Below, piece by piece: positions 47,018-56,587 of a DNA stretch of 64,000 nt (the first letter of the stretch is position 1; each line of letters opens with the position of its first letter). The notes beneath the pieces are model-generated. The model saw only the letters and a program-made list of their open reading frames with translations, was not told the DNA's origin and did not search any database. Both the position numbers and the translations under genes were made by a program. This DNA comes from Polyangiaceae bacterium (lineage in GTDB: Bacteria; Myxococcota_A; Polyangia; Polyangiales; Polyangiaceae). The stretch spans positions 96,001-160,000 of the forward strand of contig JBILLK010000005.1 of the NCBI GenBank assembly GCA_044376115.1, read 5' to 3'.

Positions 47018-50000
47018 TTAGGGCAGCGGCGCCCCCAGTCGCTCACAGAGTTCTTGGGCAAGCCTGGCTTCAGGCACTCTTGTCAAGAACGTGCCCCGGT
47101 GTTTTCGCGGTAGGAGCGCGGCGGCTTGGCTTAGTCGGGTACTAAGAGCCAGGCAAAGCTCTCGTGCTGCTTCAATGTCACCAACAGCTTCGGTTGCTCG
47201 CACTAGCACCGTGCGGATAAAGAGCTCGCCTTCGTCCACCCCAAGGAAGCCGTTTAGAAGAGAGGCTGCTTTCTGGCCGGCGGATAGCGCTCGCGTTAGC
47301 GTTGAAGAACCGTCCGGCTCCCGACCCGCGGCATCATGCTCGGCGGTATCCAGAATGACAGCCGCCACTATCGAGAGACTAATCGCTTCAGTTGGCGAGT
47401 TAGCAGGAGCGGTAAGTAGTGCCTGCTCAGCATGCTGTCGGGCCTCGTCGAAGCGTCGCTGTCGAGAGAGAATGAGGGCTTGATATGCCAGGCTCGCCGC
47501 TAACATGCGCCGGTCGCCCTGGCGGTCAAAGGCCTCGATAGCACGGCTCTCGGCGCGTTCTGCCGCCGCCAGATCCCCGATCTGCAATAGGGCGTACCCT
47601 AGATTGTGTTCTGCTACAGCTGCCACAGCGTCAATGCCCAGCTGCGCCGTCTCCGCTATGACTTTTGTCAGCTCAATAATCGCCTCCTCCCATTGCCCCA
47701 GCCTAATAGAGGAGTAGGCTTCGTTGACCTGCTGAACGCAGGCATTTCGCCGGTCGCCTATCTCATCGAATGCGCTAGCCGAATGTCGCATAAGCGTGCC
47801 GTAGGCTGCAGGGTCCCCGGCTGCCAGTGCGCGCCAAGCCCGCGCCCGCAGAAGCCATGCTGCCGTTAGCGGCTCCTTATGCGCCAAGCCCGATGGGGTG
47901 CCTGAAAGTAAGCGGTCGGTGAGCCGAAGATCTCCCAAGAACACGGCTTGAATCGCCGCTTGCGCCAACAGGATTAGGCGCTCGGCTTCTAGCGGCTTCC
48001 CGGGAGCTGCCTCGAGTGCCTCGATCGTTGCGAAGATCTCATCAACATTGCGTCGTTCGTTGGTTCGCGCCCCAGCGGTCACGGCGATCGTTGCTGCCCG
48101 GCACCAGCTGGTGCTACCAAGTTCCAAGTGCGAGATAGCTTGATTTGCAGCAGTCAGCGCGCGTGGATTGTCCCCCAGCCAGAGTTGTGCTTCCGCCTCA
48201 TCAGAAAGCAGCCGTCCCAGGTCCTCCCCAAACGCACCAGCACCGATCGCCTTCTGTACTAGTTGAATAGCGCGGGGCAGATCACTCGCTTCGAGTGCTA
48301 GGTGAGCGGCGACGGCATAAAGACGTCCTGCCGCCGTGTGATCTCCTGCGCACGCTAGATGCCCAGCGAGTAGCGTCGGATCTCCCTCACCAACGCTTTC
48401 AAGCCAATTAGCGATTGCTGCGTGGGTCAGTTCCTTCTCACGTTGGGAGAGCCCGTCATAGCTCACTTCTGCGAGCAGCCGCTGGCGGAAGCTCCACTCT
48501 TCCACCATCGGATAGCGAGACCTCGCGCTGCGTCGAATGATGCCTTCGCCTTCAATCTCCACTAGCTCCGGCCGTATCTCGCTGCGACCGAGCACCGATG
48601 CTAACCCGGACTCCCAGAAGGTCTCGCCGAACGCCGAGGCGGCGCGCACGATACGCCGGCACTCGGGCGACAGTCGCTCAAGCCTTCCCTCAACCACAGA
48701 TATGATCGTGGGCGGGAGGACTTCTCTGGAGCCATCGACGGAGGCGCGAACTAGCTCCTCTAAGAAGAATGGGTTGCCTTCGGCACGCTCCACGATTGAA
48801 GTAACAAGTTCGGAGGACGCTCTTGTTCCAAGTAGGTTAAGTGCGAGTTGACTCGCCGCTACTGGATCCAAGTTGGGAAGCCGTAGGACCGTCGCAGAGC
48901 GTTTGAAAGCGTGTAAAAAGGGCGCTTCGCCCTCTGGACGAGTCAAGCCGACAACGACGAGCGTGATGTCGTTCAGCGTTTTCACGGCGTGATGCAAGAG
49001 CGCTAACGTTGCAGCGTCTCCCCATTGCAGGTCTTCGACGAACATCAATAGCGGTCTCGAGCTAGCTGCTCCCCGTAGGAGGTCCGTTACAGCCCGTCGA
49101 ACCTGGTCACCCATTAGTGTCGTGTCTCGTCGCGCAGCTGCGACAGCCGGGCTTACGGTTGGCCCAGCATCCAGGTGGAGCAACTCGACCAAGAACTCCG
49201 TTACACGACGTGATTCTGAGGCAGGGACTGTGCTGTTGACAAAGGCCTCGAGCTTGCCGCGCGCCAAGGATCCTTTCTCCGTGCGACCAATGCCAGCCTG
49301 CACATAGAGGAGCGGCACAAGCATCGAGAACGGAGTGGAGGCGGCGAGTGGGTCCCCCTGGAGAATCCAAACATCGAATGACGGCGAGAGCGCAGTCCGG
49401 GACGAGTGATCCAGTGCGCCAAGCAGTTCACGTGCCAAGCGGGACTTCCCCCCTCCACTGGCTCCGGCAAGCATGAACGTAGCGGATTGACTACATTGCG
49501 CGGCTTTCAGGCAGCCTTCAAGCAAGGTCTGAAGCTCAATGGTCCTCCCTACGAACTCACCGGTCATGTCCCCGGCTCCCAAACTCGCGCCAGCGTGTTG
49601 TGTAATGAGTAGGGCACCCCAAGGACGAGGCCGGAGGACGAAGCGGTCTGCGAGCAGCCTAGCCGTGGGATGATCGACGCCAATGACGCCGGCGCGTTCT
49701 TCACTGTTCAGGTGAGAAACTAAGCTACTGGTTTGGTCCGCTTTCTCCCCGAGCGTCATCGCGCCGCCTTGCGCCATGCGACCCATCGTGATCGTTGTCC
49801 GTGACTCGGGAAGCCAGTAACGAATGTAGAGCGAAGCTCTAGCCGCTCGCTGCGCTAGGTCGTCGGCAGCAAGCTCTGCAATGACAACGACAATGAGGCT
49901 GCCATCGATTAGGGGTTGGACTTGCAGGCCGAGTCTGCCCAAGGCCGCTTCTAGCGCCTTTGGTACTTCAAGCTCGCGCTTCTCGTGCGTCACCAGAACC

Positions 50001-50872
50001 AAGAATGAAAAACGCCTCTCAGCAGTGTTGTTGGAGCGCTCGTCGTTAAGCTCTACCAGCTCGGTTCTCTCGAGGGCTTTGAACAGTTGGCCGATCAACG
50101 TGGCCACTTCCCCGGCGTTCGTTGGGCGTGCGTCGCGGTCTCTTGAGAGGAGCCGAGCACACAGCTGGTCGACGCCTGCATCAACGGCCTTACAAACACT
50201 CCGCAGTCTGGGCGCGTGCTCCAGTGAGATTCGCAGTATGGTTGCTAGGGCATCCTCTCCAGTGAATGGCGGTGCCCCCGCGATGCAGCGAAAGAGCAAA
50301 CATCCGAGTGCAAACACATCGACCCGACAATCGATGTCTGTGGACCCGCGCGCCTGCTCGGGCGCCATGTAGCCGACGGTGCCAAGCAGCGAACCATGTT
50401 GGGTAAGGGATGGTCCGGCAGTGCGGGCGAGGCCAAGGTCGATCAGCACGGGCCGCAAGGGCTCCGCGTTTTGCAGGATGATGTTTCCCGGCTTGATGTC
50501 GCGGTGAATGATACCGCGTAAGTGTAGCTCACCGACTGCGTACGAAAGTAGTTCAACCAGCTTCAGGCTCTCCAAAGGCGAGAGCTTGTGGTGCCGGAGA
50601 AACTCCGAGAGCGTGCAGCCTTCAACCCACTCCATCGCAAGCCAGGGCTTAGGCGCAGTCCCGTGGGCTACGTAGCGAACTACGCTTGGGATATCCAGGC
50701 TCGCAAGGAGCGAGCACTCCCGGATGAATCGGGCTTGGTCACCGGACCTCTGCAGCTCCTTGATAGCGACTTTAACCCCACTATTGAGGTCCACTGCAGA
50801 GAAAACATCCCCGGCGCCTCCCGCCCCAACAGCCTCGATAAGCTCGAACCGATCGCCGATGACCCTTCCCAT
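47018..50872 (-). CDS. Ser/Thr kinase - degenerate cyclase-like - STAND/AAA ATPase - TPR protein (paralog)
   Basis: GAGGAG, VAIK, HRDIKPGN, DLG, APE; FVGR, GASGGGKS, VEDLQW, GNPFFLEE; TPR-like C-terminus. Confidence 0.92.
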   Translation of the reverse strand: MGRVIGDRFELIEAVGAGGAGDVFSAVDLNSGVKVAIKELQRSGDQARFIRECSLLASLDIPSVVRYVAHGTAPKPWLAMEWVEGCTLSEFLRHHKLSPLESLKLVELLSYAVGELHLRGIIHRDIKPGNIILQNAEPLRPVLIDLGLARTAGPSLTQHGSLLGTVGYMAPEQARGSTDIDCRVDVFALGCLLFRCIAGAPPFTGEDALATILRISLEHAPRLRSVCKAVDAGVDQLCARLLSRDRDARPTNAGEVATLIGQLFKALERTELVELNDERSNNTAERRFSFLVLVTHEKRELEVPKALEAALGRLGLQVQPLIDGSLIVVVIAELAADDLAQRAARASLYIRYWLPESRTTITMGRMAQGGAMTLGEKADQTSSLVSHLNSEERAGVIGVDHPTARLLADRFVLRPRPWGALLITQHAGASLGAGDMTGEFVGRTIELQTLLEGCLKAAQCSQSATFMLAGASGGGKSRLARELLGALDHSSRTALSPSFDVWILQGDPLAASTPFSMLVPLLYVQAGIGRTEKGSLARGKLEAFVNSTVPASESRRVTEFLVELLHLDAGPTVSPAVAAARRDTTLMGDQVRRAVTDLLRGAASSRPLLMFVEDLQWGDAATLALLHHAVKTLNDITLVVVGLTRPEGEAPFLHAFKRSATVLRLPNLDPVAASQLALNLLGTRASSELVTSIVERAEGNPFFLEELVRASVDGSREVLPPTIISVVEGRLERLSPECRRIVRAASAFGETFWESGLASVLGRSEIRPELVEIEGEGIIRRSARSRYPMVEEWSFRQRLLAEVSYDGLSQREKELTHAAIANWLESVGEGDPTLLAGHLACAGDHTAAGRLYAVAAHLALEASDLPRAIQLVQKAIGAGAFGEDLGRLLSDEAEAQLWLGDNPRALTAANQAISHLELGSTSWCRAATIAVTAGARTNERRNVDEIFATIEALEAAPGKPLEAERLILLAQAAIQAVFLGDLRLTDRLLSGTPSGLAHKEPLTAAWLLRARAWRALAAGDPAAYGTLMRHSASAFDEIGDRRNACVQQVNEAYSSIRLGQWEEAIIELTKVIAETAQLGIDAVAAVAEHNLGYALLQIGDLAAAERAESRAIEAFDRQGDRRMLAASLAYQALILSRQRRFDEARQHAEQALLTAPANSPTEAISLSIVAAVILDTAEHDAAGREPDGSSTLTRALSAGQKAASLLNGFLGVDEGELFIRTVLVRATEAVGDIEAARELCLALSTRLSQAAALLPRKHRGTFLTRVPEARLAQELCERLGAPLP

Positions 50873-50878
50873 AAGCTC

Positions 50879-51868
50879 TCAAGCGACCAGCGCGTCAACC
50901 AACAATGGAATGCTCCGCTCGAAGCGATAGGGTATGTTCATATGGCCATCAACGAATTCCTCGTAGAGGTGACTCACCCCATGTTTGTTCAAGGCTGAGC
51001 TTAGCGCCCGGGCTCCCCAATGCAGCCCGTACTCGTCCTGAACGCCTACGTCGACGAACAGCAGCTTCAGGCTGCGTAGGGCATCGCCGTACCGGCTTAC
51101 CATCGACACAGGGTCCCAAGCTTGCCACCGCGCCCAAACCTCTGGCCGAAATTGGCCAGTATCGAGCGAGAATGGAAGGTCAAAGCCATCCGCTGACTCT
51201 CTATTAGGCGAGTAATGTGCGGCCATCGCAAGAAAACCAAGGGTTTTTATCTGTTTTGCGGTGCGTCGCTGGCTCGAGGCCCAATACCTCGTAAGCCAAG
51301 CTTGTGCGCCACCCGCGCTTCTTACCTGGTCGAGAGTCTCCAATGCGTCGGGTAGGTAACAAAGCTCGAAGTTAGCATCACCCGAGTGATTTGCTGCAGC
51401 TTGAAAGACGTTTGGATACAACATCGACAAGACGATTGCACCGTAGCCACCCGAACTCTTGCCAAAGACCCCCCACTTCTTAACCGGATAGCTAGCCTCT
51501 ACCGCCGGGATTACCTCCTGAACCAAGTGACTCGCGTATGGGCCCGTGCTGGGCGAATCGATATACTGATTGCCACCCATGCGGGTAAAGCAGTCAGGTG
51601 CGACCAGGAGACATGGTGGGCACGCACCGGTGAGAATGAGCCTATCAAGGCGGTCGCTCAGCGATTCGCCCAGAGGGTCTTGATTGAATAACATGGGGCC
51701 ATTGCCCGTAAAGCCAGCTAATGCGAGCAGCGCTACAAGGGGCTCTCCGCGATAGCCTGGTGGGGTATACACCCACGTGGAGCGTGTCGTTGGATCTCCC
51801 AAGGGGTTACCAAGTAGTGCTTTGCTTTCTAGGACGAGTACGTTTGGATGGCGCTGGTTTTGAGCCAC
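50879..51868 (-). CDS. Alpha/beta-hydrolase esterase (enterochelin esterase-like)
   Basis: VYTPPGY, GKSSGG nucleophile elbow, DVGVQDE, EEFVDGH. Confidence 0.88.
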   Translation of the reverse strand: MAQNQRHPNVLVLESKALLGNPLGDPTTRSTWVYTPPGYRGEPLVALLALAGFTGNGPMLFNQDPLGESLSDRLDRLILTGACPPCLLVAPDCFTRMGGNQYIDSPSTGPYASHLVQEVIPAVEASYPVKKWGVFGKSSGGYGAIVLSMLYPNVFQAAANHSGDANFELCYLPDALETLDQVRSAGGAQAWLTRYWASSQRRTAKQIKTLGFLAMAAHYSPNRESADGFDLPFSLDTGQFRPEVWARWQAWDPVSMVSRYGDALRSLKLLFVDVGVQDEYGLHWGARALSSALNKHGVSHLYEEFVDGHMNIPYRFERSIPLLVDALVA

Positions 51869-51956
51869 GATATGTTCCCGGTTGCGACCAAGGTTAACCG
51901 GAGTGGGGAATCCCGGAAGAATCTTCTGAGCAGATCGACTAGCGTACGGTCCACCT

Positions 51957-53222
51957 GTGCAGATTCTCCACGCCTCGGACGTTCACCTGGACTCTCCAAT
52001 GCTAGGACTTGAAGCCTATGAGGGGTGCCCGCGGGACGCCTTGCGGGGAGCTACCAGGCGAGCGCTCGAGAACCTTGTTCGGTTGGCTATCGATGAGAAA
52101 GCCGCACTTCTGCTTGTCGCAGGAGATCTCTACGACGGCGCTTGGAAGGACCACCAGACGGGCCTCTATTTTGCGTCCCAGATGCGGAAACTGCGGGAGG
52201 CTGGAGTCAGGGTGGTGCTCTTGCGCGGAAACCACGACGCAGAGAGTGAGATAACGCAACGGGTTCATCTCCCAGACAACGTGCGGGAGCTGCGAACTGA
52301 TTCAGCGGAGACGGTGATCTTCGACGACCTAGGCGTCGCGATTCATGGGCGCGGCTTTCCAACCCGTGACGTTCGAGAGGATCTAGCGCGAAGTTACCCT
52401 GAACCGATTCGCGGCTTGTTCAACATTGGGATGCTTCACACAGCCCTCCACGGGCGGCCTGGACATGAGCCGTACGCACCGACCACGCTCGAAGTCTTGA
52501 TACAACGGGGATACGACTATTGGGCTCTTGGCCACGTTCACCAAACCGAAGTCGTTCACACTGACCCATACGTTGTGTTCCCCGGCAATCTACAGGGGCG
52601 GCACATCAAGGAGACCGGGCCCAAGGGCGCATTCATGCTTTCAGTTGAGCAAGGTCGCGTGCTTCGGGCTGAGCATCGGGCCCTTGACTATGCGCGCTAT
52701 TGGGATTGCCAACTAAAAGCAGAAGAGCAGGATTCTTGGGACGACATTGTACTAAAATTCCGAGACGCCCTCTTAACCGGAGTATCAACAGCGCAGGGTA
52801 GACTGCTCGCTGCGCGGGTGACCGTAGTTGGGCGACCAGCAAGTCACGGCAGAATCCTCCGCGAGAAGGATGCATTCATAGCGGACATTCGGGCCATGGG
52901 CCTTGACGTCGCAGGCGAAGGGGCTTGGCTGGGGGACGTTAGAGTTGAGACGCGTGCTCCTTTGGACTTGGCAGCACTCTCGCGAGCCAACGATCCCCTT
53001 GCCCATCTTCTACGAGCTATTGACAACGCCGCGTTGGATCCGCTGATACTCGGTGAATTGACGGCAGAGCTCGCGGACTTCGCGGCAAAGCTACCCAAGG
53101 GTTTGCGGGAGCTCGAAGAGTTTGCTTTTTTCGACGACTCTCAAGCCCTGCTCCCAGTGCTTGACGATGTCAAAGAGTTACTGGTTTCACGCTTGGTCCT
53201 AGGTGTCGAGGAGCTACCTTGA
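51957..53222 (+). CDS. yhaO: Mre11/SbcD-like DNA repair nuclease (YhaO family)
   Basis: SDVHLD, AGDLYD, GNHD, YWALGHVH, PGNLQGRH. Confidence 0.9.
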   Translation: MQILHASDVHLDSPMLGLEAYEGCPRDALRGATRRALENLVRLAIDEKAALLLVAGDLYDGAWKDHQTGLYFASQMRKLREAGVRVVLLRGNHDAESEITQRVHLPDNVRELRTDSAETVIFDDLGVAIHGRGFPTRDVREDLARSYPEPIRGLFNIGMLHTALHGRPGHEPYAPTTLEVLIQRGYDYWALGHVHQTEVVHTDPYVVFPGNLQGRHIKETGPKGAFMLSVEQGRVLRAEHRALDYARYWDCQLKAEEQDSWDDIVLKFRDALLTGVSTAQGRLLAARVTVVGRPASHGRILREKDAFIADIRAMGLDVAGEGAWLGDVRVETRAPLDLAALSRANDPLAHLLRAIDNAALDPLILGELTAELADFAAKLPKGLRELEEFAFFDDSQALLPVLDDVKELLVSRLVLGVEELP

Positions 53223-56200
53223 GAGTTGAGGCGCTCCACCTTACCGCCTTTGGCCACTTCACTGGCAAGTCGATCGACCTGAGTCAGTCGGCTGGGTCGC
53301 TCGTCGTAGTCTATGGTGCCAACGAGGCAGGAAAGAGTACCAGCTTACGTGGCTTTGAGACGCTGCTATTTGGGTTTGAAACACGTGGCCCGGATCACCA
53401 TAAGCACGCAAAGCTGCAGGTCGGAGGCGTCATTGTTGCTGAAGATGGAAGTCGATTCGAGCTAGTACGACGAAGCGGGAAGGAGCCTCTCCGGTTGATG
53501 GACGGCAGCCTCTTCGAGGAAGACAGACTTCGACGCCTCTTGCGAGGTGTGGACAGGGAACTCTTCCGCACGCTCTACGGCCTGGATCATGAGCGCTTGC
53601 GCGTCGGAGCCAAGGCCCTCTTGGATCGTAAGAGCACGGTTGCTGAGAGTTTGTTCGACGCTGGGATTGCAGGAGCAGGCGTGGCTGAGGAGCTGCGTCG
53701 AATGCGTGCTCGCGCAGATGGCCTCTTTCGTGCTGGAGCGCGCGGGACAAGGAAGCCGCCACTAAACGAGGCAATCAAGAACTTCGTAGAGGCAGATGGT
53801 TTAAGTAAACGCCATGAAACGAAGTATGAATTCCTGGAACAACAGAAGGAAGGCATCGAAAATGCCCTCGCTACTCGCTTAACACTCGACGACGCGCTGC
53901 GAAATGTCGAGAAGGAGAAACGGCGGCTCGAGAAGCTACGTCGGGTCGCCCCTCTCTTTGCTCGCTACAAGAGACTTGCGGATGAGTTGGTAGGGCTGGA
54001 CGGTGTTCCAAGGCTAGCGGCGGGCGCGCGTGCTGAGCGTGAACGACTCTGCAGCGAACGGGCCACGGCGACTACGCGCATCGAAGACCTCAATAAGGGT
54101 ATTGCCCGACTTGAGCACCGTCTATCTGAGCTTCTGCCGAATCACGCACACAACCCACGGCATCACGCGGCAACGCGAGAGCGGTTGGCGGCGCTCTTCT
54201 CAATCCACGCGAAGCAAAGCCGGCGTCGACTGGCGCTGGAAGCGAGTAGGGACACCGCGAACCTGTCGCGGGGGCGATCGGATGGCGGTCAAGTCATTGA
54301 CTCGGCTGCTGAGCGCGCGCTCTGCGCTCTGTTGCAGGAGAAGCGGGCGCTCACGCTCGAACTCCGCATGTGTGAGAGTGGGATTGCCGAAACTGAGCGG
54401 CGTATAGCCGCATTGGCTCCAGACACATTAGTGGTGGATCGGGTCGAGCTCGAGGCTCTGGAGTCGATGGTTGTGCGGTCTGAGCGAATTCTGACGACAA
54501 GAGCGGAGGCACAAAGCTTAGCCATTAGAGCCGACGAACTCGCCGAGAAGTCGAGAGTGAATACGTTGTCCTTGGGTCTCGGACCTGGACAAGAACTCAA
54601 CGACGATGCCGCTGCGCCTGCTTGGGAGTGGGTAAGCGAGCGAGCAGCACGTGAGCAACGTCTCGAGAGTGAGTGGCAGGTTCTCGTCGCCGAGAAGCGC
54701 AAGCTGGAGCGAGAGGTACGTCGACTCGAGGCGGAACGGCAGACCGTACTTTCGGGTGGGCCCGTCCTTAGCGAACAGGATCTCGAGCGGTCCAGATCAA
54801 TTCGCGACGACCTCGTGCGAGCTGCCGCGTCACTGCATGCCGTCGAGCGCGCCATCATGGAGGCAGATAGTGTCGCGGATCGAATGCGTCATGATGTTGA
54901 CCGTTCGACTCGGCTTGCCCAACTAGAATTGCGTATGAATGAGGTCCGCGCGGAGCTCTTGGCGGTGGGTCAAGCAAGCGCGGGCAACGCGGCTGAGCGA
55001 GCGGCGTTGAAAGCTGAGCTTGGGGAAGCGTTGGCCCCCCTAGGTGTTCCCACGATGTCCGGCACGAGTGCCATAGAGTGGTTGAGGCGTCGCAAAGACG
55101 TCCTGATGATGTCGCTTGAGGCACGCTCTCGACAAGCCGAGGCGGCGAGTCTGCTCGCGGCGGTGGAGGCTCATCGAGCGTCGCTCGCTGTTGCGGCGGG
55201 GAACCCATCGTTAGACTTCGACCGCGCACTTACGGAGGTAAAGCAGCGCGTGGCGCTGTTGCGACGTCAAATAGACGGGCAACTGCATCGTGCGAGCCAG
55301 CGCGAGGAACTTGAAGTCGCCTATGAGGCTTTGGATCGAGAGCGTGCCAGGTTGGAGAACCGGCTCGGAGCTATCGAAGAGTCATTGCGCCTGGGGCTGC
55401 TACCCCACGGCGTCAGTGTCGATGTTCTGGCGGAAGAACTCGTACGTGTCAATGCCGCCCGTCTGCGTGATGCGACAATCGAGCAAGAGCTTAGGGGACT
55501 CGAGTCCGAGATGAGATTGATTGAGGCGGATGAGCGTGAGCTCTATCAATTAGTTAACGCGGTGCGAGGAGCAGAGGAAGATGCTCCCGTTTCGATTGTC
55601 GATGTTGAGGCGTTGCTCGAAAGATTGGATAGCGAGCAACGAGCTCATGAGCAGCGCGAGGACTGTCTCCTTCGGCTCGGGCAAGCTCGAGAGGAGCTTC
55701 TTCAAGCGAAGCGCTCGGTAGCAGAGTCCGACATGTCGCTCCAGGGCTTGTTTGACACCGCCGGAGTTGACTCATTGGACGCGCTGGTTCGGATCGAGGA
55801 GAGTTCCATTCGCGCCGGCGTCTTGGTCGTGGAAGTAGAGCGGCTGCGGGAACAAATAGCTTTAGCCGGGGAGACAGATGACATTGAGCAGCTCGAACTC
55901 GAGAGTGCTGCCTTGAGCGCCGATGACATTGAAATGGAGCTTGAAGCAAAGGATGTCGAACGCGACGAGCTAGAGCGACGAAAAGAGAGGGTGATTCACG
56001 ATCGACGAGCCTATGAGGAGGCCATAAGGCACGTAGAGTCCGAAGACTCAAAGGCCGCATACTACGCAGAGCAGGCGTCGATCCACATTGCGAAGGTTCG
56101 CACCTTAGCTAGTGACTATATTCGTCATCGGCTAGCCGCGTTGATTCTCGAAAGAGAGATCGATACGTATCAGAAGCTCCATCAGGGACCGGTGCTATCA

Positions 56201-56587
56201 AGGGCAGCTCAGCATTTTCGCACGCTGACTCACAGTAGTTTTGAGGGGCTAAAGATTGTTATCAACTCAAAGAATCAACCAGAGTTGGTTTGCTTGCGCT
56301 CTGCACAGGAGGTCGCTGTCGAGGCTCTGAGCGATGGCGCAAAGGACCAACTTTTTTTGGCTCTACGACTCGCTACGATAGAACATCACGGGGAGGGGTT
56401 CGAGTCGCTACCCTTGGTCCTTGACGACGTGCTTATCAACTTCGACGAGGACCGGACGCGGTCGGCGCTCGCGCTGCTTGGAACCGTGGCCACGCGGATG
56501 CAGGTATTGCTCTTTACTCACTTGGCGCGCACCGTTGAGCTGGCCAAGCTTGTATTAGGCCGCGGAGCGCACGTAGTAGCGCTTTAA
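53219..56587 (+). CDS. yhaN: Rad50/SbcC-like SMC-type ATPase (YhaN/AAA_27 family)
   Basis: AFGHF, GANEAGKST, long coiled coil, LSDGAKDQLFLALRLA, LDDVLINFD, FTH. Confidence 0.9.
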   Translation: MRVEALHLTAFGHFTGKSIDLSQSAGSLVVVYGANEAGKSTSLRGFETLLFGFETRGPDHHKHAKLQVGGVIVAEDGSRFELVRRSGKEPLRLMDGSLFEEDRLRRLLRGVDRELFRTLYGLDHERLRVGAKALLDRKSTVAESLFDAGIAGAGVAEELRRMRARADGLFRAGARGTRKPPLNEAIKNFVEADGLSKRHETKYEFLEQQKEGIENALATRLTLDDALRNVEKEKRRLEKLRRVAPLFARYKRLADELVGLDGVPRLAAGARAERERLCSERATATTRIEDLNKGIARLEHRLSELLPNHAHNPRHHAATRERLAALFSIHAKQSRRRLALEASRDTANLSRGRSDGGQVIDSAAERALCALLQEKRALTLELRMCESGIAETERRIAALAPDTLVVDRVELEALESMVVRSERILTTRAEAQSLAIRADELAEKSRVNTLSLGLGPGQELNDDAAAPAWEWVSERAAREQRLESEWQVLVAEKRKLEREVRRLEAERQTVLSGGPVLSEQDLERSRSIRDDLVRAAASLHAVERAIMEADSVADRMRHDVDRSTRLAQLELRMNEVRAELLAVGQASAGNAAERAALKAELGEALAPLGVPTMSGTSAIEWLRRRKDVLMMSLEARSRQAEAASLLAAVEAHRASLAVAAGNPSLDFDRALTEVKQRVALLRRQIDGQLHRASQREELEVAYEALDRERARLENRLGAIEESLRLGLLPHGVSVDVLAEELVRVNAARLRDATIEQELRGLESEMRLIEADERELYQLVNAVRGAEEDAPVSIVDVEALLERLDSEQRAHEQREDCLLRLGQAREELLQAKRSVAESDMSLQGLFDTAGVDSLDALVRIEESSIRAGVLVVEVERLREQIALAGETDDIEQLELESAALSADDIEMELEAKDVERDELERRKERVIHDRRAYEEAIRHVESEDSKAAYYAEQASIHIAKVRTLASDYIRHRLAALILEREIDTYQKLHQGPVLSRAAQHFRTLTHSSFEGLKIVINSKNQPELVCLRSAQEVAVEALSDGAKDQLFLALRLATIEHHGEGFESLPLVLDDVLINFDEDRTRSALALLGTVATRMQVLLFTHLARTVELAKLVLGRGAHVVAL

